Source of the DNA: Methylorubrum extorquens
Lineage (GTDB): Bacteria > Pseudomonadota > Alphaproteobacteria > Rhizobiales > Beijerinckiaceae
Reading direction: 5' to 3'
Length of the DNA stretch: 32,000 nucleotides
Assembly: GCA_900234795.1 (NCBI GenBank)
Contig: LT962688.1
Location: 420,001-452,000 of the forward strand
A program made the position numbers and the translations under genes. Every line of letters begins with the position of its first letter. Position 1 is the first letter of the stretch. Shown here in pieces: positions 24,855 through 31,754 of the stretch. Under the pieces are notes generated by a model. The model saw only the letters and a program-made list of their open reading frames with translations, was not told the origin of the DNA and did no database searches.

Positions 24855-25280
24855 ATGCCGTCGGCCCGTTCTCAGCCGGCAGCCGTGATGCTACTTCCCG
24901 AACTTGCGCCCGATCATCTCCCGCCTGAGGCCGCCGAGTGGCGGAAAGCCTTCGGTGCCCTGCGCCCAACCTCCTCACCGTGCCGCTACCTCGGCGTCAC
25001 CGCCTGGGCGAACATCTACGAGGCCTGCACCGATTTCATCGAGCGCTTCGGCGACGAGGCTGTACGCCTGGGCTGGAGCGCGCCGCAGATCTTCGGTGTC
25101 CACCCCCAGCATGGCACGCTGCGCATAGACTGGTGCGGGGTGATGATCACCGGCGGGAACAAGGCGATCGGCATCGAGCCCAACCGGATCCTGTTCGGCA
25201 ATGTCAGCGGCTACCGGGACACGCCCGGCGCGCCGACCGGCATTCCGATCTGGGAGTTCGCGGCGCGACAGAAAGGATGA
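24855..25280 (+). CDS. hypothetical protein (141 aa)
   Basis: ATG 24855 within track ORF 24756..25280: MPSARSQPAAVMLLPELAPDHLPPEAAEWRKAFGALRPTSSPCRYLGVTAWANIYEACTDFIERFGDEAVRLGWSAPQIFGVHPQHGTLRIDWCGVMITGGNKAIGIEPNRILFGN... Coding-like composition; no clear SD, so the start is uncertain. Confidence 0.45.
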   Translation: MPSARSQPAAVMLLPELAPDHLPPEAAEWRKAFGALRPTSSPCRYLGVTAWANIYEACTDFIERFGDEAVRLGWSAPQIFGVHPQHGTLRIDWCGVMITGGNKAIGIEPNRILFGNVSGYRDTPGAPTGIPIWEFAARQKG

Positions 25281-25730
25281 TGCTCCACGACCGCAAAGAC
25301 ACGGCCGCTACACAGATTGAGCAACGTCTCGCATCGGGCGAGGTAGACCCGAGCTAGCAGCCGATCGCGGCGCTTTGGTATCTGTCTATCCAGATGCGAC
25401 GCCTGCCAGACGAGGCATGATCTCACTGCGTGACCTCAATGCAATCCGAATGAACCTGCGCATTAAAACACGACCGACGATGGCCGGGCGAATTATAAGG
25501 TATCTATATAAATCTTTGAACTTCTCTCAAAATATCTTTGTTACCCACCTTACGCATAGCTCATGGATTAGCCGATGGCTGATATACCTACAGGTTCTGC
25601 ATAATATCGAGCAACGCTGTTCCGTACCGCATTATGGTGCGTTGCACCCAGAGATTACCGCGTCGCACAAATTCCGTGGTTCAATCTCTCATCGGTCGCC
25701 GTCACTGGCCGGCCACCCCGGAGACGATCC

Positions 25731-25961
25731 ATGCGTACGATGCAGCTTCTTTCCCTCGCCGCTCTCGCATCTGTCACCGTGGCGAGTTCCGCCATGGCCG
25801 ACGAGAGCATCCACCTGACGCCGCCGCTGTTCCGTGAACAGGCCCGCGCCACCGCGTCTGTCCGCCCGGCGTCCGAGCTGACGACCACACCTCACATCAC
25901 GGCTGTGGCCCCCGCCAGCCGCAAGATCGTGGCCGACGCCGCCGCGGCCTCTGCTCGCTAA
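25731..25961 (+). CDS. small secreted protein (76 aa)
   Basis: GGAGA, 6-nt spacer, ATG 25731: MRTMQLLSLAALASVTVASSAMA signal peptide, then DESIHLTPPLFREQARATASVRPASELTTTPHITAVAPASRKIV... Confidence 0.5.
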   Translation: MRTMQLLSLAALASVTVASSAMADESIHLTPPLFREQARATASVRPASELTTTPHITAVAPASRKIVADAAAASAR

Positions 25962-25973
25962 GTCCTCGGTGAT

Positions 25974-26006
25974 GGGGCCGTCGCCGGATTTGGCACCGAT
26001 GGCCCC
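25974..26006. terminator. imperfect hairpin between convergent 25731 gene and umuC
   Basis: GGGGCCGTCGCC-ggattt-GGCaCCGAtGGCCCC followed by TTCCCTC. Confidence 0.3.
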
Positions 26007-26070
26007 TTCCCTCAGCATTGACTATCAATCTTCGGACTATGCGCTTCCCCCGATACCGTCGGCACGGTCT

Positions 26071-27411
26071 TCACCTCAAAGCAGCGTAAGCCACGGGTAG
26101 CTCGTCGACCTGCGTCGTGTAGCGCGGCGTGCGCATTTCGAACTTCGTCGACCAGGTGCGCCGCTGCTGCGCCAGACCGGCGCGCGCCGGTACCACGCTG
26201 CCGCGGCCGAAGCGGGCATTGCAGGCGTCCAGCGCACCCATGAGCCGCGTCGAGCGCTCGCGGTCGAGCCGGCCGATCAGCGCCCGCTGCGAGGCCGCCA
26301 GCGGCACGAGATCGACCGTGACTACCCCGGCCTTCGAGTAGCGCCAGGGCGGGCTGCCCTGCTCGCGCCAGGTGCGGGCCACGCCATGCATTGCCGCCGA
26401 GATCAGCGCCAGCGTGTCGTTGGTCGCCTCCGGCAGCGTCACCACCGTCGAGACCGAGCGCATCGGCTCGCCTCGGTCGTGTTCGCTCGTGTGGTAGAAG
26501 ACGGTGATGTGGTCGGTACCGAGGCCTTCACGCCGCAGCTTTTCGCCGAGGCGCGTTGCATGGGCAGCCACTGCTTGCTCCAGCTCGGCCCGTTCCGTCA
26601 CCCGGCCGGAGAATGAGCGCGTCACCGCACACCCCTTACGGCGAGCCGGCACGAGTTCGAGCCCGAGGCAGGACACGCCTCGCAGCTCGTGGATCATACG
26701 CTCACCCACCACCGTCAGCGCCTTGCGCACCGGGCGCGGGTCGATGTCGCGCAGGTCCGCCACTGTATCGATGCCCATGGCCTCGAGCTTCGGCAACGAG
26801 GCTCGGCCGACGCCCCACAGCTCGCCGACATGGATGCGGCAGAGCCAGTGCTCGTAGGCGGCGGGCTCGGTCAGGTCGCAGACGCCGTCGAGCTCAGGCA
26901 CCGTCTTGGCGATGTGGTTGGCGAGCTTGGCCAGCGTCTTGGTCGGGCCGATGCCGACGCAGGTCGGGATGCCCGTCCAGGCCCGCACGGTAGCGCGGAT
27001 ATCGCGGGCCAGCGCCACGCGATCCCGGCGCACGAAGCCGGTCAGGTCGAGGAAACTCTCGTCGATCGAGTAGATTTCCACGTCCGGCGTGGCGTCGCGA
27101 TAGATCGCGTTGATGCGCGCCGACATGTCCCCGTAGAGCGTGTAATTCGACGAGAATACGCGAACGCCCTGTGCCTCGCAGAACCCGCGGATCTTGAAAT
27201 AGGGGTCGCCCATCTTGATCCCGAGCGCCTTGGCCTCGGGCGTGCGGGCGATGGCGCAGCCATCGTTATTGCTCAGCACGATCACCGGCACGCGGGCGAG
27301 CTTGGCGTCGAACACGCGCTCGCACGAGCAGTAGAAGCTGTTGCCGTCGATGAGCGCGAGGGCGCGGCCGCCGCCGATCCGGTCGCGCTGACGGGCCTCG
27401 GCGTTGCTCAT
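26071..27411 (-). CDS. umuC: translesion DNA polymerase V catalytic subunit UmuC (Y-family)
   Basis: [74 protein letters not shown]...[12 protein letters not shown]...[17 protein letters not shown]. The start overlaps the umuD stop (ATGA at 27408-27411). Confidence 0.9.
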   Translation of the reverse strand: MSNAEARQRDRIGGGRALALIDGNSFYCSCERVFDAKLARVPVIVLSNNDGCAIARTPEAKALGIKMGDPYFKIRGFCEAQGVRVFSSNYTLYGDMSARINAIYRDATPDVEIYSIDESFLDLTGFVRRDRVALARDIRATVRAWTGIPTCVGIGPTKTLAKLANHIAKTVPELDGVCDLTEPAAYEHWLCRIHVGELWGVGRASLPKLEAMGIDTVADLRDIDPRPVRKALTVVGERMIHELRGVSCLGLELVPARRKGCAVTRSFSGRVTERAELEQAVAAHATRLGEKLRREGLGTDHITVFYHTSEHDRGEPMRSVSTVVTLPEATNDTLALISAAMHGVARTWREQGSPPWRYSKAGVVTVDLVPLAASQRALIGRLDRERSTRLMGALDACNARFGRGSVVPARAGLAQQRRTWSTKFEMRTPRYTTQVDELPVAYAALR

Positions 27412-27875
27412 CGGCCCTGTCCGCCGCGGGCGACGTGCCAGCGGATGGTGAAGCGGACCACGCCCCAGACATCGACCTCGGCTAGTTCCTCGAGCGCGTA
27501 GGCGGGCAGGTCGGCATTGTCGAAGGAGAGGTGCGCGCGGTTGCCCTCGACGACCATGCGCTTGATCGACATCTCACCGTCGACCGCCGCCACGACGACG
27601 CTGCCGTGCGCAGGTTTGAGGCTGCGATCGACGCAGGCGAGATCCCCGTCGAAGATCCCAGCATCGCGCATCGAATCGCCAGCGATGCGCCAGAGGAAGG
27701 TGGCCGGCGGGTTCGGCACGAGCCAGCGCGGCAGTTCCAGTGCGCCTTCTAGAAAGTCGTCGGCGGGAGAGGGGAAGCCCGCGCAGAGCGCTTGGCCCAT
27801 CAGCGGCACACGAACTGTGGAAAAGCCCTCCTGCGGTAGCTCTGCGACCGTGTGCAGCCTCACTCGAGTCCCCAT
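27408..27875 (-). CDS. umuD: UmuD-like S24 peptidase (LexA C-terminal-domain type)
   Basis: ...[33 protein letters not shown]...[49 protein letters not shown]: an AG-type cleavage region, then catalytic Ser (GDSM) and Lys (SIKR). The start is either ATG 27875 or GTG 27863, which has GGGGA 5 nt upstream. Confidence 0.88.
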   Translation of the reverse strand: MGTRVRLHTVAELPQEGFSTVRVPLMGQALCAGFPSPADDFLEGALELPRWLVPNPPATFLWRIAGDSMRDAGIFDGDLACVDRSLKPAHGSVVVAAVDGEMSIKRMVVEGNRAHLSFDNADLPAYALEELAEVDVWGVVRFTIRWHVARGGQGR

Positions 27876-27883
27876 CTGAGCTA

Positions 27884-27898
27884 GAACAGAAAGAGAAC
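27884..27898. promoter_or_regulatory. alphaproteobacterial LexA (SOS) box, copy 2, in the umuD / small-gene-operon divergent spacer
   Basis: GAACagaaagaGAAC, an exact GAAC-N7-GAAC. Flanks GCTA...AA are identical to copy 1. It lies 8 nt from the umuD ATG codon and 95 nt from ATG 27994 on the other strand. Confidence 0.8.
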
Positions 27899-27993
27899 AA
27901 ACAGCAGGCGCGTGGCGGGTTCAATCGGCTCTGTGCGCCAAGCGCAAACGGCTGTGTGCGCCTGTGGATAACGGGGACAGAGGGGTGATGACG

Positions 27994-28254
27994 ATGTCGC
28001 AGGAGCGCTGCCACTTCCACTGCACGGACGGCCGGGATGTCGTCTTCGACCTGCAGGGGCGGGCCGTCGCAGAGCACGACCTGCGTCCGGTCTGCGCCAG
28101 CGTGGCGGCCGAGGTGATGCAGGGCTGCGCTGCTCCGGTCGACTGGTCAGCCTGGATCGTCGAAGTGCATGACGCCTACGGTCAGCACGTGATGACGTTC
28201 AGCTTCGACGAGATCGCGAACGAGGTCGGCATCCGGCCGGCGCTGGCAGCTTGA
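27994..28254 (+). CDS. DUF6894-like small protein (86 aa)
   Basis: GAGGGG, 8-nt spacer, ATG 27994: MSQERCHFHCTDGRDVVFDLQGRAVAEHDLRPVCASVAAEVMQGCAAPVDWSAWIVEVHDAYGQHVMTFSFDEI... This matches my recollection of the DUF6894 pattern (xxYxFHLxDGxxxxxDxxGxE...WxxxVxDxxGxxVxxxxF). The track ORF begins at GTG 27964. Confidence 0.5.
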   Translation: MSQERCHFHCTDGRDVVFDLQGRAVAEHDLRPVCASVAAEVMQGCAAPVDWSAWIVEVHDAYGQHVMTFSFDEIANEVGIRPALAA

Positions 28255-28264
28255 GGAGAGAACC

Positions 28265-28519
28265 ATGGCCATGAAGACGACGTTCCTGGTCCAAACCTTC
28301 GTGCTCAAGCGGAAGCGGCTCGTCCCCGGAGACCGGCAGATCTCGACGACGAGCAGCGCAGCGTTGAAACGGGCCGAGGCGATGGCTGCGCGCATGCCAG
28401 GCACGGCCGCCCTGCAGATCGTGGCCGACGACGAGACGGGCGAACTGGAGAGCGCGACGATCCTCGGGCAATTCGGTGAGGTGCCGGACGATTTCGCCGA
28501 GAGCTTGCAGGCGGCCTGA
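28265..28519 (+). CDS. 84-aa protein of unrecognised family, paralogue 2 (SOS-box linked)
   Basis: GAGGAGAG, then ATG 28265: MAMKTTFLVQTFVLKRKRLVPGDRQISTTSSAALKRAEAMAARMPGTAALQIVADDETGELESATILGQFGEVPDDFAESLQAA. 67/84 identical to 21269..21523. Confidence 0.8.
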   Translation: MAMKTTFLVQTFVLKRKRLVPGDRQISTTSSAALKRAEAMAARMPGTAALQIVADDETGELESATILGQFGEVPDDFAESLQAA

Positions 28520-28521
28520 CC

Positions 28522-28734
28522 ATGCGGACCATCGTCGAACTCGACAACGGCAGCGCCGCGGCCATCAGCGACGGCGGCAAGGATCTCGCGGACCTCCTGG
28601 CCCGCGCGCTCATGACGGGAAGCGACGCCGCGTGGGACAAGTTGCGGCCGTATGGGATCAGCCGAATCGTTGAGCGTCACCCGACCGAGCCAGCGAAGGT
28701 TGTTGTCGGCGAACGCGCGATCGCGGTCCGGTAG
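28522..28734 (+). CDS. hypothetical protein (70 aa)
   Basis: ATG 2 nt after the preceding stop (tgaccATG): MRTIVELDNGSAAAISDGGKDLADLLARALMTGSDAAWDKLRPYGISRIVERHPTEPAKVVVGERAIAVR. Confidence 0.55.
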   Translation: MRTIVELDNGSAAAISDGGKDLADLLARALMTGSDAAWDKLRPYGISRIVERHPTEPAKVVVGERAIAVR

Positions 28735-28738
28735 GCCT

Positions 28739-28936
28739 ATGACCGACGACCAAACCGCCGCCGAGCTGCGCGGCCTGCTCCGGTTCGCGCAGGGCCTCGG
28801 TCTGGACGAGGCGACCGTGCGGGAGATCTACGAGGCCGTCGGGCGTGAGGCCATGGCGACAGGCGCCAGCGACGACACCCGCATGGCCGAGTTGCGGAAG
28901 CGGATGCTCGCGGCGGCGAGAGGAGGCTGGGACTAG
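28739..28936 (+). CDS. hypothetical protein (65 aa)
   Basis: ATG 28739, 4 nt after the preceding stop, inside track ORF 28652..28936: MTDDQTAAELRGLLRFAQGLGLDEATVREIYEAVGREAMATGASDDTRMAELRKRMLAAARGGWD. Confidence 0.5.
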   Translation: MTDDQTAAELRGLLRFAQGLGLDEATVREIYEAVGREAMATGASDDTRMAELRKRMLAAARGGWD

Positions 28937-28984
28937 AAAAACCTGCTGCGGCTGAGATGGGCGGGGCCGCCTCACGGCGAGGAG

Positions 28985-30550
28985 CTAGCGCCCCATGCAG
29001 ACGTAGCTGATCGATTGCGGTGCGTTTGATGCCGCAATCGTCATGGCAATGCCTTGGCGAGAAGTCTCGTAAGCAGGTGCATGCATTCCTCCGAGCGAGG
29101 AAGATACAACACAGTCGGGGATATCATTGTAGGTCGCTGCAAAGCGGATAGTGCAGCCAGCTTCGCCGGATTGCATTGAAATGGTCCCGTGAAGATCATT
29201 GGCTGACTTGGATAGCTTCGACGCTCCACAGCCGCTTATGGATAGTTTTGGCCCCGGCCGGGCCGAGAGGTGCCTTCCCACATCCACATCACCCGAGTTG
29301 TATGCGGCCAGAGAATAGCTTGACCCGGAATTTGTCGCGCCAAGCGTAAAAGCCTGTATTGCGCCATTCCATCCGAACGACGCTCGTCCGCTCCAACTCA
29401 GAAATGTCGTCTGAGGTAGAACTGCGAAGTTGCCGCTTGCGAGAGTCGCTCGACTGAAATCCAGTCCACTGTCGTGCTTTCCGTCTGCGCGTAGAACGGC
29501 AAACGAGTCGCTTTGATCGTACAAGAAGGCGATGGAGTGCCGCCTCTGAGCAGCACTCTTGAGCGTTACGTCTGCATTCGTGCTGTCGAAAATCACAGCA
29601 TCCTTGACCACGGAGCCGACATCGGTCGACGGCCCGCCGCTCCAGTAGTCACCGTAATGTGCGCCATACGGATTGGCGCCGCCACTGTTGACTGCGCCCG
29701 AGCCAACATACCGATAGGCGAGCATAGGGAACGTGCCAGGCCCTTGGCCGCCGATGAACGAGCACGCCATGAAGTACGGCGAGCCGATATCGCTGTCCTT
29801 GTTCCCATTGCTGCAGTCGCGCTCCTCGCCGAAAATCGTCACGTCGCCTACTCCGGGCAGCACGGTCGTGTTGGTGACGAAGCCCCACCCCGCACCCGTT
29901 CCAGGCTCGAAGTTGGCGGCGATCGAAAAGGCACTCTTCCCGTTGTTCGCGCCTGGGCCGAGATAGGCCCACACGATGGAGCCATCTCGAAGGTTGGTAC
30001 CGTTTCCGGTCGGGCCCTCCCCACGGGGCGCTGAAGTGCCGGCCGACTGCGCGCGGTAAAGACAGCCGGGCACGGTCTGCGTTGCGCCTCCATCGACTGT
30101 CACAGAGCACTTGGAATTGAGGACAGCGACCGTCTCGCCAGCTTCGTAGCGAGTGCCTGGCTTCCAGTATACAACCTTGCCTTTATCGCTTGTGAAGTTG
30201 AGGTGAAATCCGACCTCCTGTGCAGTTGCATCCTTCTGCGTTCGGACATTGACAAGGATTGGTGTCAGCAAATGCGGGCCATCGAAACACCCGCCGACTG
30301 AGCAGAAGTCGATCATAGGCCCATTCGGATGTACGAAAATCCCAAGCGGCTGCTCCCTGCTCTTCTCGCCATGGACACGCATCAGCGAAGGGGCGCCCAG
30401 GGGGAGGATCGATATCGCTCGATCGACTTGTCCTGATGGCGCGCTTGCCGGGTCCGAAGCGTTCTGCAGTGGCTGAGCGGAAATCGTCCCTGCCGTGGAG
30501 GCGACGGCGAGCAGGCTGTAAAGCCCTACCTGTGCGGGGCGAGTGAGCAT
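28985..30550 (-). CDS. secreted 521-aa protein of unknown function (Gly/Ser/Asn/Thr-rich, probably beta-rich)
   Basis: MLTRPAQVGLYSLLAVASTAGTISA-QP Sec-type signal peptide. No motif recognised; 13 Cys in total. GC is clearly below its surroundings (64/120 = 53% hand-counted at 29041-29160). It has its own upstream region after a strong terminator. Confidence 0.7.
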   Translation of the reverse strand: MLTRPAQVGLYSLLAVASTAGTISAQPLQNASDPASAPSGQVDRAISILPLGAPSLMRVHGEKSREQPLGIFVHPNGPMIDFCSVGGCFDGPHLLTPILVNVRTQKDATAQEVGFHLNFTSDKGKVVYWKPGTRYEAGETVAVLNSKCSVTVDGGATQTVPGCLYRAQSAGTSAPRGEGPTGNGTNLRDGSIVWAYLGPGANNGKSAFSIAANFEPGTGAGWGFVTNTTVLPGVGDVTIFGEERDCSNGNKDSDIGSPYFMACSFIGGQGPGTFPMLAYRYVGSGAVNSGGANPYGAHYGDYWSGGPSTDVGSVVKDAVIFDSTNADVTLKSAAQRRHSIAFLYDQSDSFAVLRADGKHDSGLDFSRATLASGNFAVLPQTTFLSWSGRASFGWNGAIQAFTLGATNSGSSYSLAAYNSGDVDVGRHLSARPGPKLSISGCGASKLSKSANDLHGTISMQSGEAGCTIRFAATYNDIPDCVVSSSLGGMHAPAYETSRQGIAMTIAASNAPQSISYVCMGR

Positions 30551-30650
30551 CGTGACGCTTTCGACGGTTCCGGGACCAAATTCAGGCGCAAGACATCTCC
30601 TAGAGAGAGCCGGCAGGGCAAGGCGTCCAGCCCGCTAAAGCGTCGGCACG

Positions 30651-30681
30651 AAAAAAAGCCCCGAGGCCGAAGCCCCGGGGC
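30651..30681 (-). terminator. rho-independent terminator ending the phage-type membrane-protein cassette
   Basis: Sense strand: GCCCCGGGGCttcgGCCTCGGGGC followed by TTTTTTT; 30 nt downstream of the stop of 30711..31067. Confidence 0.8.
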
Positions 30682-30710
30682 GGTATGTGGACGGATGTGG
30701 CTAGCGGGGA

Positions 30711-31067
30711 TCAGTCGGCCCGGCGCCCCGTGATCGCCTGGAGCATTTCCCGGCGGGTCGCGGCCATTTCCTCTCGCATCGAGGTCACGAGGTCGTCGAT
30801 GCGGCGCTCCATCCGGGTGATGACGTCGCCGGTCACGTAGGTTCGGGCAACTTCGACCTTGAAGTTGTGCAGGGCCTCGTTCTGTGCCGCGATCTGGATC
30901 TTCACGGCCGCCATGTCGATCGTCAGGGGGGACACCGCGTCCTTCGTGCCGGCTCGCAGCTTGCCGATGACCCAATCCGCCCCCTTGCCGAGGGCGAAGA
31001 GGAAGGCAGCGAGCGCCACGATCTGCGCCCAGGTAATCGGGCCGGGCGAGAGGAACGAGGTGTCCAT
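30711..31067 (-). CDS. phage-type membrane protein: N-terminal TM plus coiled coil (DUF2730-like architecture)
   Basis: MDTSFLSPGPITWAQIVALAAFLFALGKGADWVIGKL... then heptad-like ...IAAQNEALHNFKVEVARTYVTGDVITRMERRIDDLVTSMREEMAATRREMLQAI. It starts 4 nt after the upstream stop. Confidence 0.45.
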   Translation of the reverse strand: MDTSFLSPGPITWAQIVALAAFLFALGKGADWVIGKLRAGTKDAVSPLTIDMAAVKIQIAAQNEALHNFKVEVARTYVTGDVITRMERRIDDLVTSMREEMAATRREMLQAITGRRAD

Positions 31068-31071
31068 AGGA

Positions 31072-31488
31072 TCAGGCCTTCAGCAGGCGGGCGGCGCCGG
31101 CGCGGGCCAGCGTCGTGAGTGGCGAGGAGATGAAGAAGGCCGTCAGGATCGTGGCCTCGATCGGCACGTACTCAGGCGGGAGCGGCTGAACGTTCCAGCC
31201 GAGATCGAACGTCTTCGTCAGGCAAGCCGCCCCGAAGTGGATCGCGGGCGGGATGCCAATGCCGTAGATCAGGCCCTTGAAGGCCGGCGCGATCGCCGCC
31301 TTCGCCTGATTGGCCGCCATCTCAGCCTGGACGACCTGCACCGCGACGTCGCGCTGCGTGTTCTGGCCGTTCTCCATCCCCTTGAGGATGGGCTGCAGCA
31401 CCGAGTTGCCGAACACCTTGATCAGGCCGGAGCCGACGGCGCCGAGCGCAGAGCCGATCGGGTTCGAGAGCCAGCCGAGGAGGCTCAT
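31072..31488 (-). CDS. putative holin-like membrane protein (138 aa)
   Basis: ATG 31488 overlaps the upstream stop (ATGA): MSLLGWLSNPIGSALGAVGSGLIKVFGNSVLQPILKGMENGQ...GLIYGIGIPPAIHFGAACL...IEATILTAFFISSPL. A glycine-rich N-terminus plus hydrophobic segments resembles the 3-TM holins of alphaproteobacterial phages and GTAs. Architecture-level call only. Confidence 0.35.
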   Translation of the reverse strand: MSLLGWLSNPIGSALGAVGSGLIKVFGNSVLQPILKGMENGQNTQRDVAVQVVQAEMAANQAKAAIAPAFKGLIYGIGIPPAIHFGAACLTKTFDLGWNVQPLPPEYVPIEATILTAFFISSPLTTLARAGAARLLKA

Positions 31489-31751
31489 CGCGGCGGCTCC
31501 CGTGCCGGCAGGGTGGCGAGCTTCGTCGCGTAGGCACGCGCCGCGAGCCGAGCCACCGCGAGGAAGGTCGCCACCTTCGCGCCCGGCAGCCACTCCGGCA
31601 GCAGCGGCGTGAGATCGACGCCCGGCAGCGCATCGAGGACGTCGGGCAGCGCCATGACGCCCGCGAGCAGGTAGACGCGCTTGCCCGAGGCCGCGCGCCA
31701 GCAGCGGCGCAGGCCGAGGCGGGCCCGTGCGAGGAAGGGACGGGGCGCCAT
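31485..31751 (-). CDS. hypothetical protein (88 aa) in the phage-type cassette
   Basis: ATG 31751 inside track ORF 31485..31970, 3 nt after the upstream stop: MAPRPFLARARLGLRRCWRAASGKRVYLLAGVMALPDVLDALPGVDLTPLLPEWLPGAKVATFLAVARLAARAYATKL... Confidence 0.4.
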   Translation of the reverse strand: MAPRPFLARARLGLRRCWRAASGKRVYLLAGVMALPDVLDALPGVDLTPLLPEWLPGAKVATFLAVARLAARAYATKLATLPAREPPR

Positions 31752-31754
31752 GGT

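Noticed and set aside
25277-25357. 26-aa ORF (27 codons with stop; MMLHDRKDTAATQIEQRLASGEVDPS) overlapping the stop of 24855..25280 by ATGA
   Set aside because: Too short, with no independent support. The ATGA overlap alone is not evidence.
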